From: an uncultured Planctomycetota bacterium | Lineage (GTDB): Bacteria; Planctomycetota; Planctomycetia; Isosphaerales; Isosphaeraceae | DNA length: 64,000 bases | NCBI GenBank assembly: GCA_963823665.1 | Contig: CAWGMQ010000004.1 | Location: 2,112,001 to 2,176,000 of the forward strand | Reading direction: 5' to 3' | In this document: piece by piece, positions 10,771 through 21,200 of the stretch | Layout: each line of letters opens with the position of its first letter | How positions within the stretch are numbered: the first letter of the stretch is position 1 | The notes under the pieces: generated by a model | Databases searched by the model: none | What the model was told of the DNA's origin: nothing | The model's input: only the letters and a program-made list of their open reading frames with translations | Position numbers and translations under genes: made by a program

Positions 10771-10968
10771 ATGCCGCGCAATTCGATCAACCGAAAGTAC
10801 CGTCCAGGCTTTGAGAACCTCGAGTCCAAGCAGCTTCTGTCGGCCGGCCTGCTTGCCCACGGCGTGCAGCCTGTGATGCAGACAAGTGCGCCGGTATCGT
10901 CCCAAGCCGAGCACCAGGGGATGAGCCCGGATGGCACCGGGACGGGACTTGTCATCATCACGTCCTGA
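10771..10968 (+). CDS. 65-aa small protein with planctomycete LEPR-XLL-like export motif
   Basis: MPRNSINRKYRPGFENLESKQLLSAG resembles the planctomycete (R)xxxExLExRxLL signature; short tail ending SPDGTGTGLVIITS. Confidence 0.7.
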   Translation: MPRNSINRKYRPGFENLESKQLLSAGLLAHGVQPVMQTSAPVSSQAEHQGMSPDGTGTGLVIITS

Positions 10969-10972
10969 CCCT

Positions 10973-13677
10973 TTACTCTTTCAACTGAGCCGGGCGGGCC
11001 TTGATTTGGTCGAGCCGCACCTTGTCTGCCGCGCGTGCCGAGTCAAGCCCGATCGCCCGGCTCAGTTTTTCAACCGCCTGGGCATGGGTGCTCCGCCCCT
11101 CCGGCGACTGTCCCCCGAGGAAATAAATCCGGCTCTGCTGATCCTGCACCTGACCGAGAAGGCTGAGATACTGGGGGTTTTCCGGTGCACCCTTGCGTGT
11201 TTGTTCCCCGACCAACCAGGCAAGATGGTCCAGGGCGTCCTTGCAATCGCGCTGGGCGTCCGGGATGCGGTTCATGGCGAGGCGCACCGCGGCCCGGCCG
11301 CACAGCGTCAATGCCATCTTCTCGCGGTAATGTGGAATGACTTTATGGTTGCTGATCAGCCTGGTGAGGATCTCAGCGGCTTGTGAGTAGTTCCTCTCTG
11401 ACTCCGCCAGTGTTGAACGGTCCGTGTTCAAGAGTTCCCCTCGTCCGTTCGCGATGCCGGCGAGCTGGAATTGAAAGTCTTCATACATTTCGTCGTCCTG
11501 GGCAACCGACCCCGCGACCCGCGCCGCCTCGTCGAAATCACGGGTGGCGCGATCACGATCACCGGCTTCCATGGATGCAACGCCCCGATCCGTGAGCGCC
11601 ATCGAGAAGAGCCATTGATCCCTAGTCTTGGAGTCGGGGCTGGCGACTGGGTCGGCAAGAGGCCGCAGGGTGTCGACGGCTTGATCAGCGGCCGTGTGAG
11701 CCTCGGCGTGCTGACGCTTGAGGACGAGGATTTCGGAAAGATCGATCAGGGCCGACCCAATCGCGCGTCGGTAATCCGGGGAGATCGGGCTGGACCGAAG
11801 CTTCTCGGCATGGGTGATCGCCGCGTGAAAATCATGCTCGGCGTCGATCGTCCGGCCGCTCATATGATTGAGCTCTCCGCGATCGGTGAAGGTCTCCACC
11901 AGCCACCGGCGGTATTTCGCCTGGCCGGGGTCAATCTCGCAGAGAGCCGTCAACTCCTGGATTGCCTTCTGATAAGACTCCTGTGATTTCGTGAATTGCC
12001 CGGTGAGGCGCCCGATCCCCCCGATCACGCGAAACACCTGCGCCGTTTCGAGCCGGATGGCCGGGTCTCCCGGGAATTTCTCGCCCAGTTGTTGATATCG
12101 AGCGAGAACCAGCCCGGCCAGGTGCTCACGCAGGTTCTCCGTATTGGGAATGTACGCCAGGTTTTGCCCCGAGACTGCGAGGAGCTCTCGCAGTGCCTCG
12201 CAGGTCATGGCAAGCTGATCTGTCGTTCTCGCTTGCTCCTTCGTAATTCGCCAATTGTATATCCCCAGTCCGAGCACGGTCAGGATAAGCAGGGCGGCCG
12301 CGGCCGCAACCCATTGCTTGTGCCTGCGAACCCACCGAACGGCCCTGGCCGGGAGAGGCTCGGGGTAGGCCAGAACAGGTTCATCGGCCAGCCAGCGCTC
12401 GATTTCGCCGCCAAGTGCCTGGGGACTGGAGTATCGACCTTCCTGAGAGACTGCCATGGCTTTCAAGCAGATCGCCTCGAGCGCGGCGGGCACGGTCGAC
12501 TTGACCTGGCGGGGCCGGGGAAAGTCGCCCGTGCAGACCTTGGCCAACATGATGGACTCGTCCGACTGGTCAAATGGGGGCCTCCCGGTCAGCAGGCAAT
12601 AGAGAGTGGCCCCAAGGCTATACACATCGCTTGCGGGGCTAAGCTTCGAGAGCTGGCCCTGTGCCTGTTCCGGGCTCATGAAGCCAGGCGTGCCCATCGC
12701 CGAACCTGCGCGGGTGTAAGGCGTGCTACTGGTCGAGACCGGCGGGAGTGTGACCCCATCGGATTGAGAATCAACATCGATGGGTCCCGTCTTCGCCAAG
12801 CCCCAGTCGACCACCAGCGTCTCGCCGTAGTCGTCGAGGATGATGTTGCCTGGTTTCAGATCGCGGTGCAGGACTCCGCGACTGTGCGCGTACGCCACCG
12901 TGTTACACACATCAACGAACCGACTCAGGAGACGGCGCAGCTCCAGCGACCGATCGCCGCCGGCGAGGTCTGAAGCCTTGACTCCGTGGAATCTGGCGAT
13001 CGCGTCCTTGAGGCTGGTCCCGCTCACGAAGCGCATGGCATAGAAGGGACGTCCGTTCTCAAACAGACCCAGGCTGTAGACGGGAACGATGCCACGATGC
13101 TCGAGGCACCCGGTCACCTCGGCTTCGTGGACGAAGCGGGTCCGGCTGTGGGGACTGTCGGCCCAACGCTGCTGGATTTGCTTCAACGCCACTTCCCGAT
13201 TGAGCCTCGAGGTCCTGGGCGACCCAGACCTCACCGAGGCCGCCTCGCGCGTGGAACCGGAGAAGTCGGAAACGGGAACCTCCGGAAGTTGCCGATTCGG
13301 CATCGTGAGGGATTGTGGTGTCCGAAGCCGGTTCCGTTTGTCCGGCGGAATTCGCCACGACGTCGGGAGTGGGACGCAGGTTGGGGTCGCCGATCTGTTC
13401 GAGGTCGTGCAAGGTCGCGCTTACCGTGGTCACGGCCGCCAGGCAACTCCGAGCATTGTGATCGTGCTTCTCCATGAGCCTGTGCACCAGAGAGTTCAAC
13501 AATCCATCATCGTGCTCGGCCAAAGCTCCTTGCGAGTGGAGGACCTGACCAACGGGTTTGTCTTTCTCGCAGGCGCAGGTGCGCATCGCGGTGACGAGCG
13601 CGTCGCGCGTGATGAAGTTCATCTGGAGCGCCAGGATTCCGAAGAGCAGGTTATCGTCCGTATGGGTCTCTCGCCAT
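10973..13677 (-). CDS. Ser/Thr protein kinase with TM segment and TPR C-terminus (frameshifts near 13670 and 13206)
   Basis: N-terminal DDNLLFGILALQMNFI, ARGGLGEVW, then LNREVALK, HRDLKPGN, DWG, SPE; hydrophobic helix WVAAAAALLILTVLGLGIY; TPR-like helices. Confidence 0.85.
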
Positions 13678-13718
13678 GGATGGGTTTCCCATTCGTCGCC
13701 CCGTCGTGCGTAACACAG

Positions 13719-15269
13719 TCACGACGCATGATCCAGCTCCAGTCCCACCGCGTGCCAATCCTCAGGCCGCAACTGCTGCACTGACTGCTGGACGCGTTTC
13801 ATGTCGCGGGTTGCGACATACGGCCGGGAGGCGGGAGATTCACCTTTGGTGGGTTCGACCAGATTGTGCAACTGATCGAGGTGCAGGGACAGCGGCTGGC
13901 GTGTCCAGACGGCGAACAGCCGCTCCTGCCCGGATGGCGGCGTCATCTCTACGTCCAAGATGTTCAGTGTGCGTTGCGCCTCGATCGGGGCCGAGGAATC
14001 GGCCGACTGCGGATCTGGATAGAGCAAGTTCAAATGTCCGGTCGGGCCGACGTTGAACACCGTCAGGTAGCCCGCCCGGTCGGCGATTGCCTCGATGCGC
14101 ACGTGGTCTCTGGTTCGCAGGCTAACCTGGTCGGGCGACTTTGGCACGCGTTTCATGTCGCGGGTTAGTCGATCGGGACGCGGGTGGGTGGCCGCCACGT
14201 GTTCATAACGGCCGCTGTTGACACGGCGGCTGACGTTGAGGCGAAGAGCCGCCGGTTTGTGCGGGCGAGCCTCGCCCTGCGGCGTGGATAGCGTGTCGGC
14301 CAGAAGCTGGTTGAGTGATCCTCGCAAGCTGTCGACGAACTCGCGCAGATTCGGTCGTTGATCCGGGCTCGACCTCAGGCCGGCGCGGATCACTCGCTCA
14401 AGCGGAGCGGGGAGCCCAAGGCACCTGGAATCCGGGTCGGGCAGGCCCATGGCGATCTGCGCTTTATAGTCAGAGATCTGCGTGCCGAGGAATGGCTGAA
14501 ACCCGGTCACGAGGTGAAACAGCGTCGCGGCCAAGCCGTAGACGTCAAGCGAAGGTGAAACCTTGCCGTCATATGCCTCGGGGGCCATGTAGGCGAGCGA
14601 TCCGGCGACGCTGGCGGGGTCGCCCAGCCACGAGCCCACTCCAAAGTCAGTCAGAAGCGCCTCGTCACGCTTCGGCTCCCAGAGAATGTTCGCCGGCTTC
14701 ACGTCGCGGTGGACAATTCCTTGCTTGTGGACCGCGAGCAACCCCTCGCCCACATCGGCGATATACCGGGCGGCTCGCTGCCAGAGGAGCGGCCCTTCTG
14801 CCTTCAACAGATCGGCAAGGGACCCGCCCGGCACGTATTGCATTACGAGGAAGTGCTGCTCGCCGACTGTCAGCCAGGTGTAAACCCGCACAACGTTGAG
14901 GTGAGCGACCTGAGTCAGCAGGTGTGCGTCCTTCCGGAGCACCTGCACGGCCCGCCGCCGCTCGTCGGGGGCGGTGCCAACCCTGAGTGTTTTCACTGCG
15001 ACCACTCGCGGCAGGTTCAAGTCCTGCGCCAGCCAGACCTCGCCGAACGCTCCGGAGCCGAGGAATTTGTACACGCGGTATCCGTGGATTCCCAGGTCGG
15101 GCATTGTCGTGCCGGTGGGCACGTCTTCAGGCGTCAGATCGTCGAGCATGCGCTGACAGTCAAAGCATTCCTCGACGTGCGCCTCGATCCAGGCATGCCA
15201 TGCCGGCCCGAGCGAGTCGTCTTGAGTCACGTATTGCTTCAGTTCCCCAGGCGCAGGACAAGCGGCCAT
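13719..15269 (-). CDS. Zn-finger (anti-sigma-like) - Ser/Thr kinase - DUF4384 protein
   Basis: N-terminal CP...HVEECFDC (HxxxCxxC); GSGAFGEVW, VAVK, HRDVKPAN, DFG, APE; C-terminal DHVRIEAIADRAGYLTVFNVGPTGHLNLLYP...PPSGQERLFAVW typical of DUF4384; GAGGTG RBS. Confidence 0.85.
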   Translation of the reverse strand: MAACPAPGELKQYVTQDDSLGPAWHAWIEAHVEECFDCQRMLDDLTPEDVPTGTTMPDLGIHGYRVYKFLGSGAFGEVWLAQDLNLPRVVAVKTLRVGTAPDERRRAVQVLRKDAHLLTQVAHLNVVRVYTWLTVGEQHFLVMQYVPGGSLADLLKAEGPLLWQRAARYIADVGEGLLAVHKQGIVHRDVKPANILWEPKRDEALLTDFGVGSWLGDPASVAGSLAYMAPEAYDGKVSPSLDVYGLAATLFHLVTGFQPFLGTQISDYKAQIAMGLPDPDSRCLGLPAPLERVIRAGLRSSPDQRPNLREFVDSLRGSLNQLLADTLSTPQGEARPHKPAALRLNVSRRVNSGRYEHVAATHPRPDRLTRDMKRVPKSPDQVSLRTRDHVRIEAIADRAGYLTVFNVGPTGHLNLLYPDPQSADSSAPIEAQRTLNILDVEMTPPSGQERLFAVWTRQPLSLHLDQLHNLVEPTKGESPASRPYVATRDMKRVQQSVQQLRPEDWHAVGLELDHAS

Positions 15270-15283
15270 GACAACACCTCGCG

Positions 15284-15871
15284 TCAATTCGAATGTTCAA
15301 GGAGTTCGACTTCCTGCTGAAGCAGGGTCAGGACCTGATACTTTGCCTGGCTAACCGCGCCGACCTTCATGCCAAGCTCTCGGGCCACATCGGCACCTTT
15401 GCGGCATTGTTCCGCTATTTCCACATATGCGGACCAAGTGCGCGGCTCGACGCGGGCGCGTACGTTTTCTTTGGCTTTTTGCAGCAATTCCAGGTCGTAT
15501 TCCCGCGCGAGCCTTGCCAGCAGGTCCTCGCCTGCCTCTACCTCTTCCACAAGACCATCGCCGTCGACCACCCGCCGCCCTCGCTCTCTCTCCTTCAGGT
15601 CTGCCATCAAACGGTGCGTCACGGTTTTCAGGTATCCGCGGAAGGTTCTGGCGGGGTCGTAGACGAACTCCCTCAGTCGCCTGACCAGCAGGAGCATGAC
15701 TTCGTTAACCATGTCCTCGGTCTCACGCGGAAACCACCGGTGGCACCAACCGCTGATCATCGGGGCATAGCGCGCGTAAAACTCCTCCCATGCCTGTTGA
15801 TCTGCGGGGTCGTGGAGGCGGCCCAACAGGGTCCGGCTGGTCCGCGCTGGGTCGAAGCTGCCCGTAGTCAT
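15284..15871 (-). CDS. ECF RNA polymerase sigma factor (planctomycete kinase-associated type)
   Basis: TSRTLLGRL..DQQAWEEFYARY, TEDMVNEV, FVYDP..TFRGYLK, region 4 VARELGMKVGAVSQAK; GAGGT RBS before ATG 15871. Confidence 0.92.
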   Translation of the reverse strand: MTTGSFDPARTSRTLLGRLHDPADQQAWEEFYARYAPMISGWCHRWFPRETEDMVNEVMLLLVRRLREFVYDPARTFRGYLKTVTHRLMADLKERERGRRVVDGDGLVEEVEAGEDLLARLAREYDLELLQKAKENVRARVEPRTWSAYVEIAEQCRKGADVARELGMKVGAVSQAKYQVLTLLQQEVELLEHSN

Positions 15872-15919
15872 CGCTGGTACCTCGGTTCGACTTCGGAATC
15901 GCGACCATCCAACTCTCTG

Positions 15920-15948
15920 ATAGGGGGATCGGAACGATTTCTCAGACG
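15920..15948 (-). promoter_or_regulatory. candidate ECF promoter, copy 2, upstream of the sigma gene (CGTCTGAGaaatcgttccgatccCCCTAT)
   Basis: Same motif and spacing as 38068-38096; ~50 bp upstream of the sigma ATG, consistent with autoregulation. Confidence 0.65.
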
Positions 15949-16039
15949 GGATTTCCATTGAAAGGTTTTCCGCCGAGTTCTGTACGAGATCACAGCGAGA
16001 GAAAGCGCAATGGGCGGAGTTCATGAGCTGTTCGGATTG

Positions 16040-16069
16040 TCTCTGAGATCCCGCCCCATCGACCCCTAT
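16040..16069 (+). promoter_or_regulatory. candidate ECF promoter, copy 3, upstream of the SGNH hydrolase (tcTCTGAGatcccgccccatcgacCCCTAT)
   Basis: Divergent from copy 2; both continue as CCCTATCAG. Confidence 0.5.
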
Positions 16070-16198
16070 CAGCCTACAGAGGGTCGGTGAGCCAAATCCA
16101 ATGATTTCAATACCATCCCTCCGAACACGGGAAGCCGATCGGCGTGCGCACCATCGCTGACCAGGTGTTCCGAACCTTGGTCTCGAATCCACAGGGAG
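16056..16198 (+). repeat. 143-bp imperfect direct repeat, copy A
   Basis: Colinear with 22775-22917 (shared GTGAGCCAAATCCAATGATTTCAAT..CCATCCCTCCGAA, GATCGGCGTGCGC, TGGTCTCGAATCCAC..GGGAG). Confidence 0.9.
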
Positions 16199-16206
16199 AA
16201 ACAACA

Positions 16207-17985
16207 ATGAAACTTGCTCGCAGGAAAAACGATGGTGTCAACCGGTTTGGTTTGAACGGAATCCTCATCATCCTCGGCGTCGGGGCTTGTCTGTTAGTCG
16301 TGGCCTTACAAGTCGATCGCGGGCCCGAACGCTCGGGCGCGAGCGCGTCTGCCCTGCCGCCAGTCCCCGTAAGGATCACCTGGGCCATGGCCGAGCGATT
16401 CGGCCCCGGCTATGACCGCAACCACGACGGCCGGCCCGACCTTCCCAATTCGCACGAATACGTGAACCCTGGTCGATACGAGGTTCATCTCGCCGCGAGC
16501 GTCGGCGCCAGCGCCCAAGCGACCGCGGACATGTCGTGCGTCTGGACGATCGACGGTCCTAATCAAGCGACTGGTCTGTGTGCGGCCGGGCCGAAGCCGG
16601 TGGTCCAGCTCCCGATGGGCACCTACTCCGTGACGGTTACCGTCCACCTTGCCGACGGCCGGGCCGGATTGGCCCGCGAGACAGTCCGCGTGAAGGACAT
16701 CCTGATCGTCGTGCTCGGCGACTCGCTGGCCGCCGGCGAGGGTAACCCTGAGGTGCGCGCGTGCTGGAAGGGGGCGGGGACTTCGGCCCAGACCTGGAAG
16801 CTCCGAGGCCGCCTCGACCCGCCAACGCCCGCCGGATGGGCCTATGGCGGCCCCGGTGGCGATCAGCCCCGTGCGACCCCCGCGGGGATTTTGCCACCGG
16901 CAGACGTCTCGCACGCCACGGCTCATCGCTCGACTCTCTCGGGCCCGGCTCAGTTCGCGAAGCGCCTTGAGGCGGAAGACCCACACACGTCGGTCACGTT
17001 CGTCTGCCTGGCCGCCACCGGCGCGCGTATCGATGAGCTATTCAACAGCGAGCGGTCAGTGTGCAACAAGACCAGGGGGCCGGGGCCGGCACTCCGGGCC
17101 CAGATTGATGAGCTGCACGCGATTGCAGGCTGTCGGCCGGCAGACATTCTTGTCCTGTCCGTCGGCCTCAATGACGCCGGTGGCTTTGAATTGCTGGGCG
17201 AGCTACTTCGCCGGGAGATCCGGTGCGTTGATCCATGCCGTTTGCTCGCGGTCTACCCGACGCGCAAGGAGTGGACGGCGGCCGCGTCTCCGGACCTCGA
17301 GGCCTTGGTCGACCCGACGAAACGCTCGTGGCTAAACGGACTCGAGGCCGACGCCCGGCGCACCGCACTGGTCAAAGACGCCGCCCTGATCTTCGACCTG
17401 GCCGAGATGGCCGCAGCCGGGGTGGCAAGGGCCCGCGAGCAATTCGAACGCCTGACAACAGCGATCGCCAGCGATCAGCTCCTGGCCCAGGCGGAGATCT
17501 ACCTGCTCGAGTACCCCGACCCAACAGGTGACGCAAACGGCACCGCGGGCGCGGCCATGCTGGCGGACCTCGTCCCCGGCTTTCAGGTCAATCGTCGCGA
17601 GCTGGATCTGGCCCACGAGCGCTTGTTGCGTCCCCTGATGATGATGCTCCGTGAGGTGGCCAGCAGCCAGAACTGGACCTGCGTTGACGGGATCTTCACG
17701 ACGTTCCGGAGCCACGGCCCTGCGGCGACGGAAGCCTGGTTCGTGAAGGCGAAGGAGTCAGAGGAGCTTCAGGGCCCGCGCTTGACGCCCCTGGCGTACG
17801 TCCGCGGCGAGTTTTCTCCGGGAATGCTGCACCCGAATCGGCGTGGACATCAGGTCGTCGCCGATCAGTTGTACGAGCGCCATGCGGCGGTCAGGACGGG
17901 TCGGCTCCGGGCACCGCAGGTGGTTTCTCGTGGTCTCTCCAGCTCCGATCAGGTTCGCTTTGGAAGGGACCGGAGGCCTCGCTGA
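16207..17985 (+). CDS. membrane-anchored/secreted PKD-like + SGNH/GDSL hydrolase
   Basis: N-terminal hydrophobic helix; GTYSVTVTV PKD-like strand; block I GDSLAAGEG, block III SVGLND, block V LHPN; GGGAG RBS. Confidence 0.8.
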   Translation: MKLARRKNDGVNRFGLNGILIILGVGACLLVVALQVDRGPERSGASASALPPVPVRITWAMAERFGPGYDRNHDGRPDLPNSHEYVNPGRYEVHLAASVGASAQATADMSCVWTIDGPNQATGLCAAGPKPVVQLPMGTYSVTVTVHLADGRAGLARETVRVKDILIVVLGDSLAAGEGNPEVRACWKGAGTSAQTWKLRGRLDPPTPAGWAYGGPGGDQPRATPAGILPPADVSHATAHRSTLSGPAQFAKRLEAEDPHTSVTFVCLAATGARIDELFNSERSVCNKTRGPGPALRAQIDELHAIAGCRPADILVLSVGLNDAGGFELLGELLRREIRCVDPCRLLAVYPTRKEWTAAASPDLEALVDPTKRSWLNGLEADARRTALVKDAALIFDLAEMAAAGVARAREQFERLTTAIASDQLLAQAEIYLLEYPDPTGDANGTAGAAMLADLVPGFQVNRRELDLAHERLLRPLMMMLREVASSQNWTCVDGIFTTFRSHGPAATEAWFVKAKESEELQGPRLTPLAYVRGEFSPGMLHPNRRGHQVVADQLYERHAAVRTGRLRAPQVVSRGLSSSDQVRFGRDRRPR

Positions 17986-18261
17986 TCGCAAGTGAGGTCG
18001 AACTGGTTTCTGTCCTCGGTACACGATCGGTCGGCCGAGGAGGAGTCAGCCGGGAAGTCAACGTATAATGCCAGTTCTACGATCAATCGATCAGCAAGCG
18101 CTGGGAAGGTGACCCGCTACATGAATCGCGTCCGGTGATCGGTGCAGAAGTTGTGCTGCGGTGATCGGCAGGCGGTGGGCCTGGTGCTGGATGATGGCCA
18201 TTGAGGGAACCACGCTAGAGTGGCAATTTGCACTCAAACGGGGTTTGGGAGAAATGAACCC

Positions 18262-21200
18262 ATGGCCTTGAACCGCACTACTGGCGGTCTCATGCAGGAA
18301 CTCCACCGACTTTTTCGGCGAGCCATAAAGCTCCGCCAACAGGGTCGCTGTCAAGAGGCAATTGTCCGTCTGACTCACGCCCGAGACGCAGCTCGTCGCC
18401 ATCTGGGACTACACCATCCCGCCTATGCCACCAGCCTGAACAACCTAGCATTCCTGTATGCGGAGATGGGGGAATACGCGGTGGCCGAGCCTCTCTTCTA
18501 CGAGGCCCTCGGGATCTACCGCGCGACGCTGGGGGCGAACCACCCCGAGTATGCGGGTAGCCTCAACAACCTGGCGACGTTGTACCGGCATATGGGGGAC
18601 TACGACGCCGCCCAATCACTCTACTGCCACGCCCTGGAGATCCGCCGCGCGGTGCTGGGCGAGCATCACCCCGTCTACGCCAAGATTCTGAGCCACCTCG
18701 CGCTGTTGTACCAGGCGATGGGGGACTACGCGGCGGCCGAGCCCCTCTTCCGCGAGGCCCTCGGAATCTACCGCGCGACGCTGGGCGAGAGCCACCCCGA
18801 CTATACCGGCAGCCTAGACAACCTGGCGGGGCTGTACTGCGCGATCGGAGACCACGCGGCGGCCGCGCCCCTCATCCGGCTGGGGCTCGAAATCGTTCGC
18901 GCGGCGCGGGGTGATGACCACCCCGACTACGCCAGAAGCCTGGACCGCCTGGCGGGGCTGTATTGCGCGATCGGAGACCACGCGGCGGCCGAGCCCCTCT
19001 GTCGCCAGGCCCTGGAGATCCGCCGCGACGCGCTGGGCGAGAGTCACCCCGACTATGCCGCCAGCCTGAACAGCCTGGCGGCGCTATACTGCGCGATCGG
19101 GGACTACGTGGTCGCCGCGTCCCTCATCCGGCTGGGGCTCGAAATCATTCGCGCGGCGCGGGGTGACGACCACCCCGACTACGCCAGGAGCCTGGACAGC
19201 CTGGCGGGGCTATATTGCGCGATCGGGGACTACACCGCCGCCCTACCTCTCCACCGCCACGCCCTGGAGATCCGCCGCGCCGCGCTGGTCGAGAGTCACC
19301 CCGACTACGCCGCCAGCCTGGACAGCCTGGCGGGGCTGTATTGCGCGATCGGGGACCACGCAGCCGCCGCGCCCCTCTACCGCCAGGCCCTGGAGATCCG
19401 CCGCACGGCGTTGGGCGAGGACCACCCGGACTACGCCACCAGCCTGAGCAACCTCGAGGGGGTGTACCGAGCGATGGGGGACCACGACGCCGCTTTGCAT
19501 CTCTGCCGCCAGGCGCTGAAGATCCGCGGCACTGCGGTAGGCGAGGACCATCCCTCCTATGCCACCAGCCTGAACAGCCTGGCGGGGTTGTGCCGGGAGA
19601 TGGGGGACTACGACGACGACGCCACCAGCCTGAACAGCCTGGCGGGGCTGTATTGCGCGATCGGGGACTACGCGGCCGCCGCGCCCCTCTACCGCCAGGC
19701 CCTGGAGATCCGCCGCACGGCGCTGGGCGAGGACCACCCGGACTACGCCACCAGCCTAAGCAACCTGGCGGGGGCGTACCGAGCGATGGGGGACCACCCC
19801 GCCGCTGCCACCGGCCTGGACGGCCTGGCGGGGCTGTATTGCGCGATCGGGGACTACGACGCCGCCCTATCACTCTACGGCCGGGCCCTGGAGATTCGCC
19901 GCACGGCGCTGGGCGAGGACCACCCGGACTACGCCACCAGCTTAAGCAACCTGGTGGGGGTGTACCGAGCGATGGGGGACCACGCCGCCGCTTTGCACCT
20001 CTGCCACCAGGTGGTGCTGGAGATCCGCCGCACCCCGGCAGGCGAGGACCATCCCTCCGATGCCACCGGGCTGAGCAGCCTGGCGGGGTTGTGCCGGGAG
20101 ATGGGGGACTACGCCGCCGCCGTATCACTCTACGGCCGGGTCCTGGAGATCCGCCGCACGGCGCTGGGCGAGGACCACCCGGACTACGCCACCAGCCTGA
20201 GCAACCTGGCGACGTTGTACCAGGACACAGGTGACTACGCCGCCGCCCTAGCGCTCCACCGCCGCGCGCTGGAGATCCGCCGCGCCGCGCTGGTCGAGAG
20301 TCACCCCGACTATGCCGCCAGCCTGAACAGCCTGGCGGGGCTGTATTGCGCGATCGGGGACCGCGCGGCGGCCGCGCTCCTCTACCGCCAGGCCCTGGAG
20401 ATTCGCCGCACGGCGCTGGGCGAGGACCACCCGGACTACGCCACCAGCCTAAGCAACCTGGCGTGGGTGTACCGAGCGATGGGGGACCACGCCGCCGCTT
20501 TGCACCTCTGCCGCCAGGCCCTGGAGATCCGCCGCGCCGCGCTGGTCGAAAGTGACCCCGACTATGCCGCCAGCCTAGACAACTTGGCGGGGCTGTATTG
20601 CGCGATCGGGAACTACGCGGCCGCCGCGCCCCTCTACCGCCGGGCCCTGGAGATCCGCCGCACGGCGCTGGGCGAGGACCACCCGGACTACGCCACGAGC
20701 CTGAGCAACCTGGCGACGTTGTACCAGGACATAGGTTACTACGCCCCCGCCCTAGCCCACCACCGCCAGGCCCTGGAGATCCGCCGCACCGCCTTGGGCG
20801 AGTGCCACCCGCACTTTGCCATCAACCTGAGAAACCTGGCGGACTCGTGGGCCGCCTTGGGCCGAGCCTGGCTGGCTATGCCCCTCATGGAACAGCTCGC
20901 GTCCATCGAGGACCGGATGATCGGACAGGTCTTCGCGATCGGTTCCGACAGGCAGAGAATCGCATACCTCAGGACGGTCCTGGGCAATCTTCACACGTTC
21001 TTGTCTCTGGTACAGCAACACCTCGCCGACTCCCCCGCAGCCATCCGCGCCGCCCTAGACCTGGTATTGCGCCGTAAGGCGATCGCGGCCGAGGCGCTGG
21101 CCACCCAGCGCGATGCCGTGCTGGGAGGCAAGTATCCCGGATTGGAGCCCAAACTACGCGAGCTCGCCGCCCTGCGGCTGCAGATCGCCCGCAAGACACT

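Noticed and set aside
15872..16207. N-terminal extension of the sigma ORF (307 aa in the track)
   Set aside because: Not protein-like; it spans the divergent promoter region, and a good RBS precedes ATG 15871.
18064..18069. TATAAT upstream of TPR-CHAT as a sigma70 promoter
   Set aside because: No convincing -35 element at 16-18 bp; insufficient support.
18400..20860. Regular repeats as a possible CRISPR array
   Set aside because: The period is 126 bp, in frame and encodes TPR units; there are no unique spacers and no cas genes.
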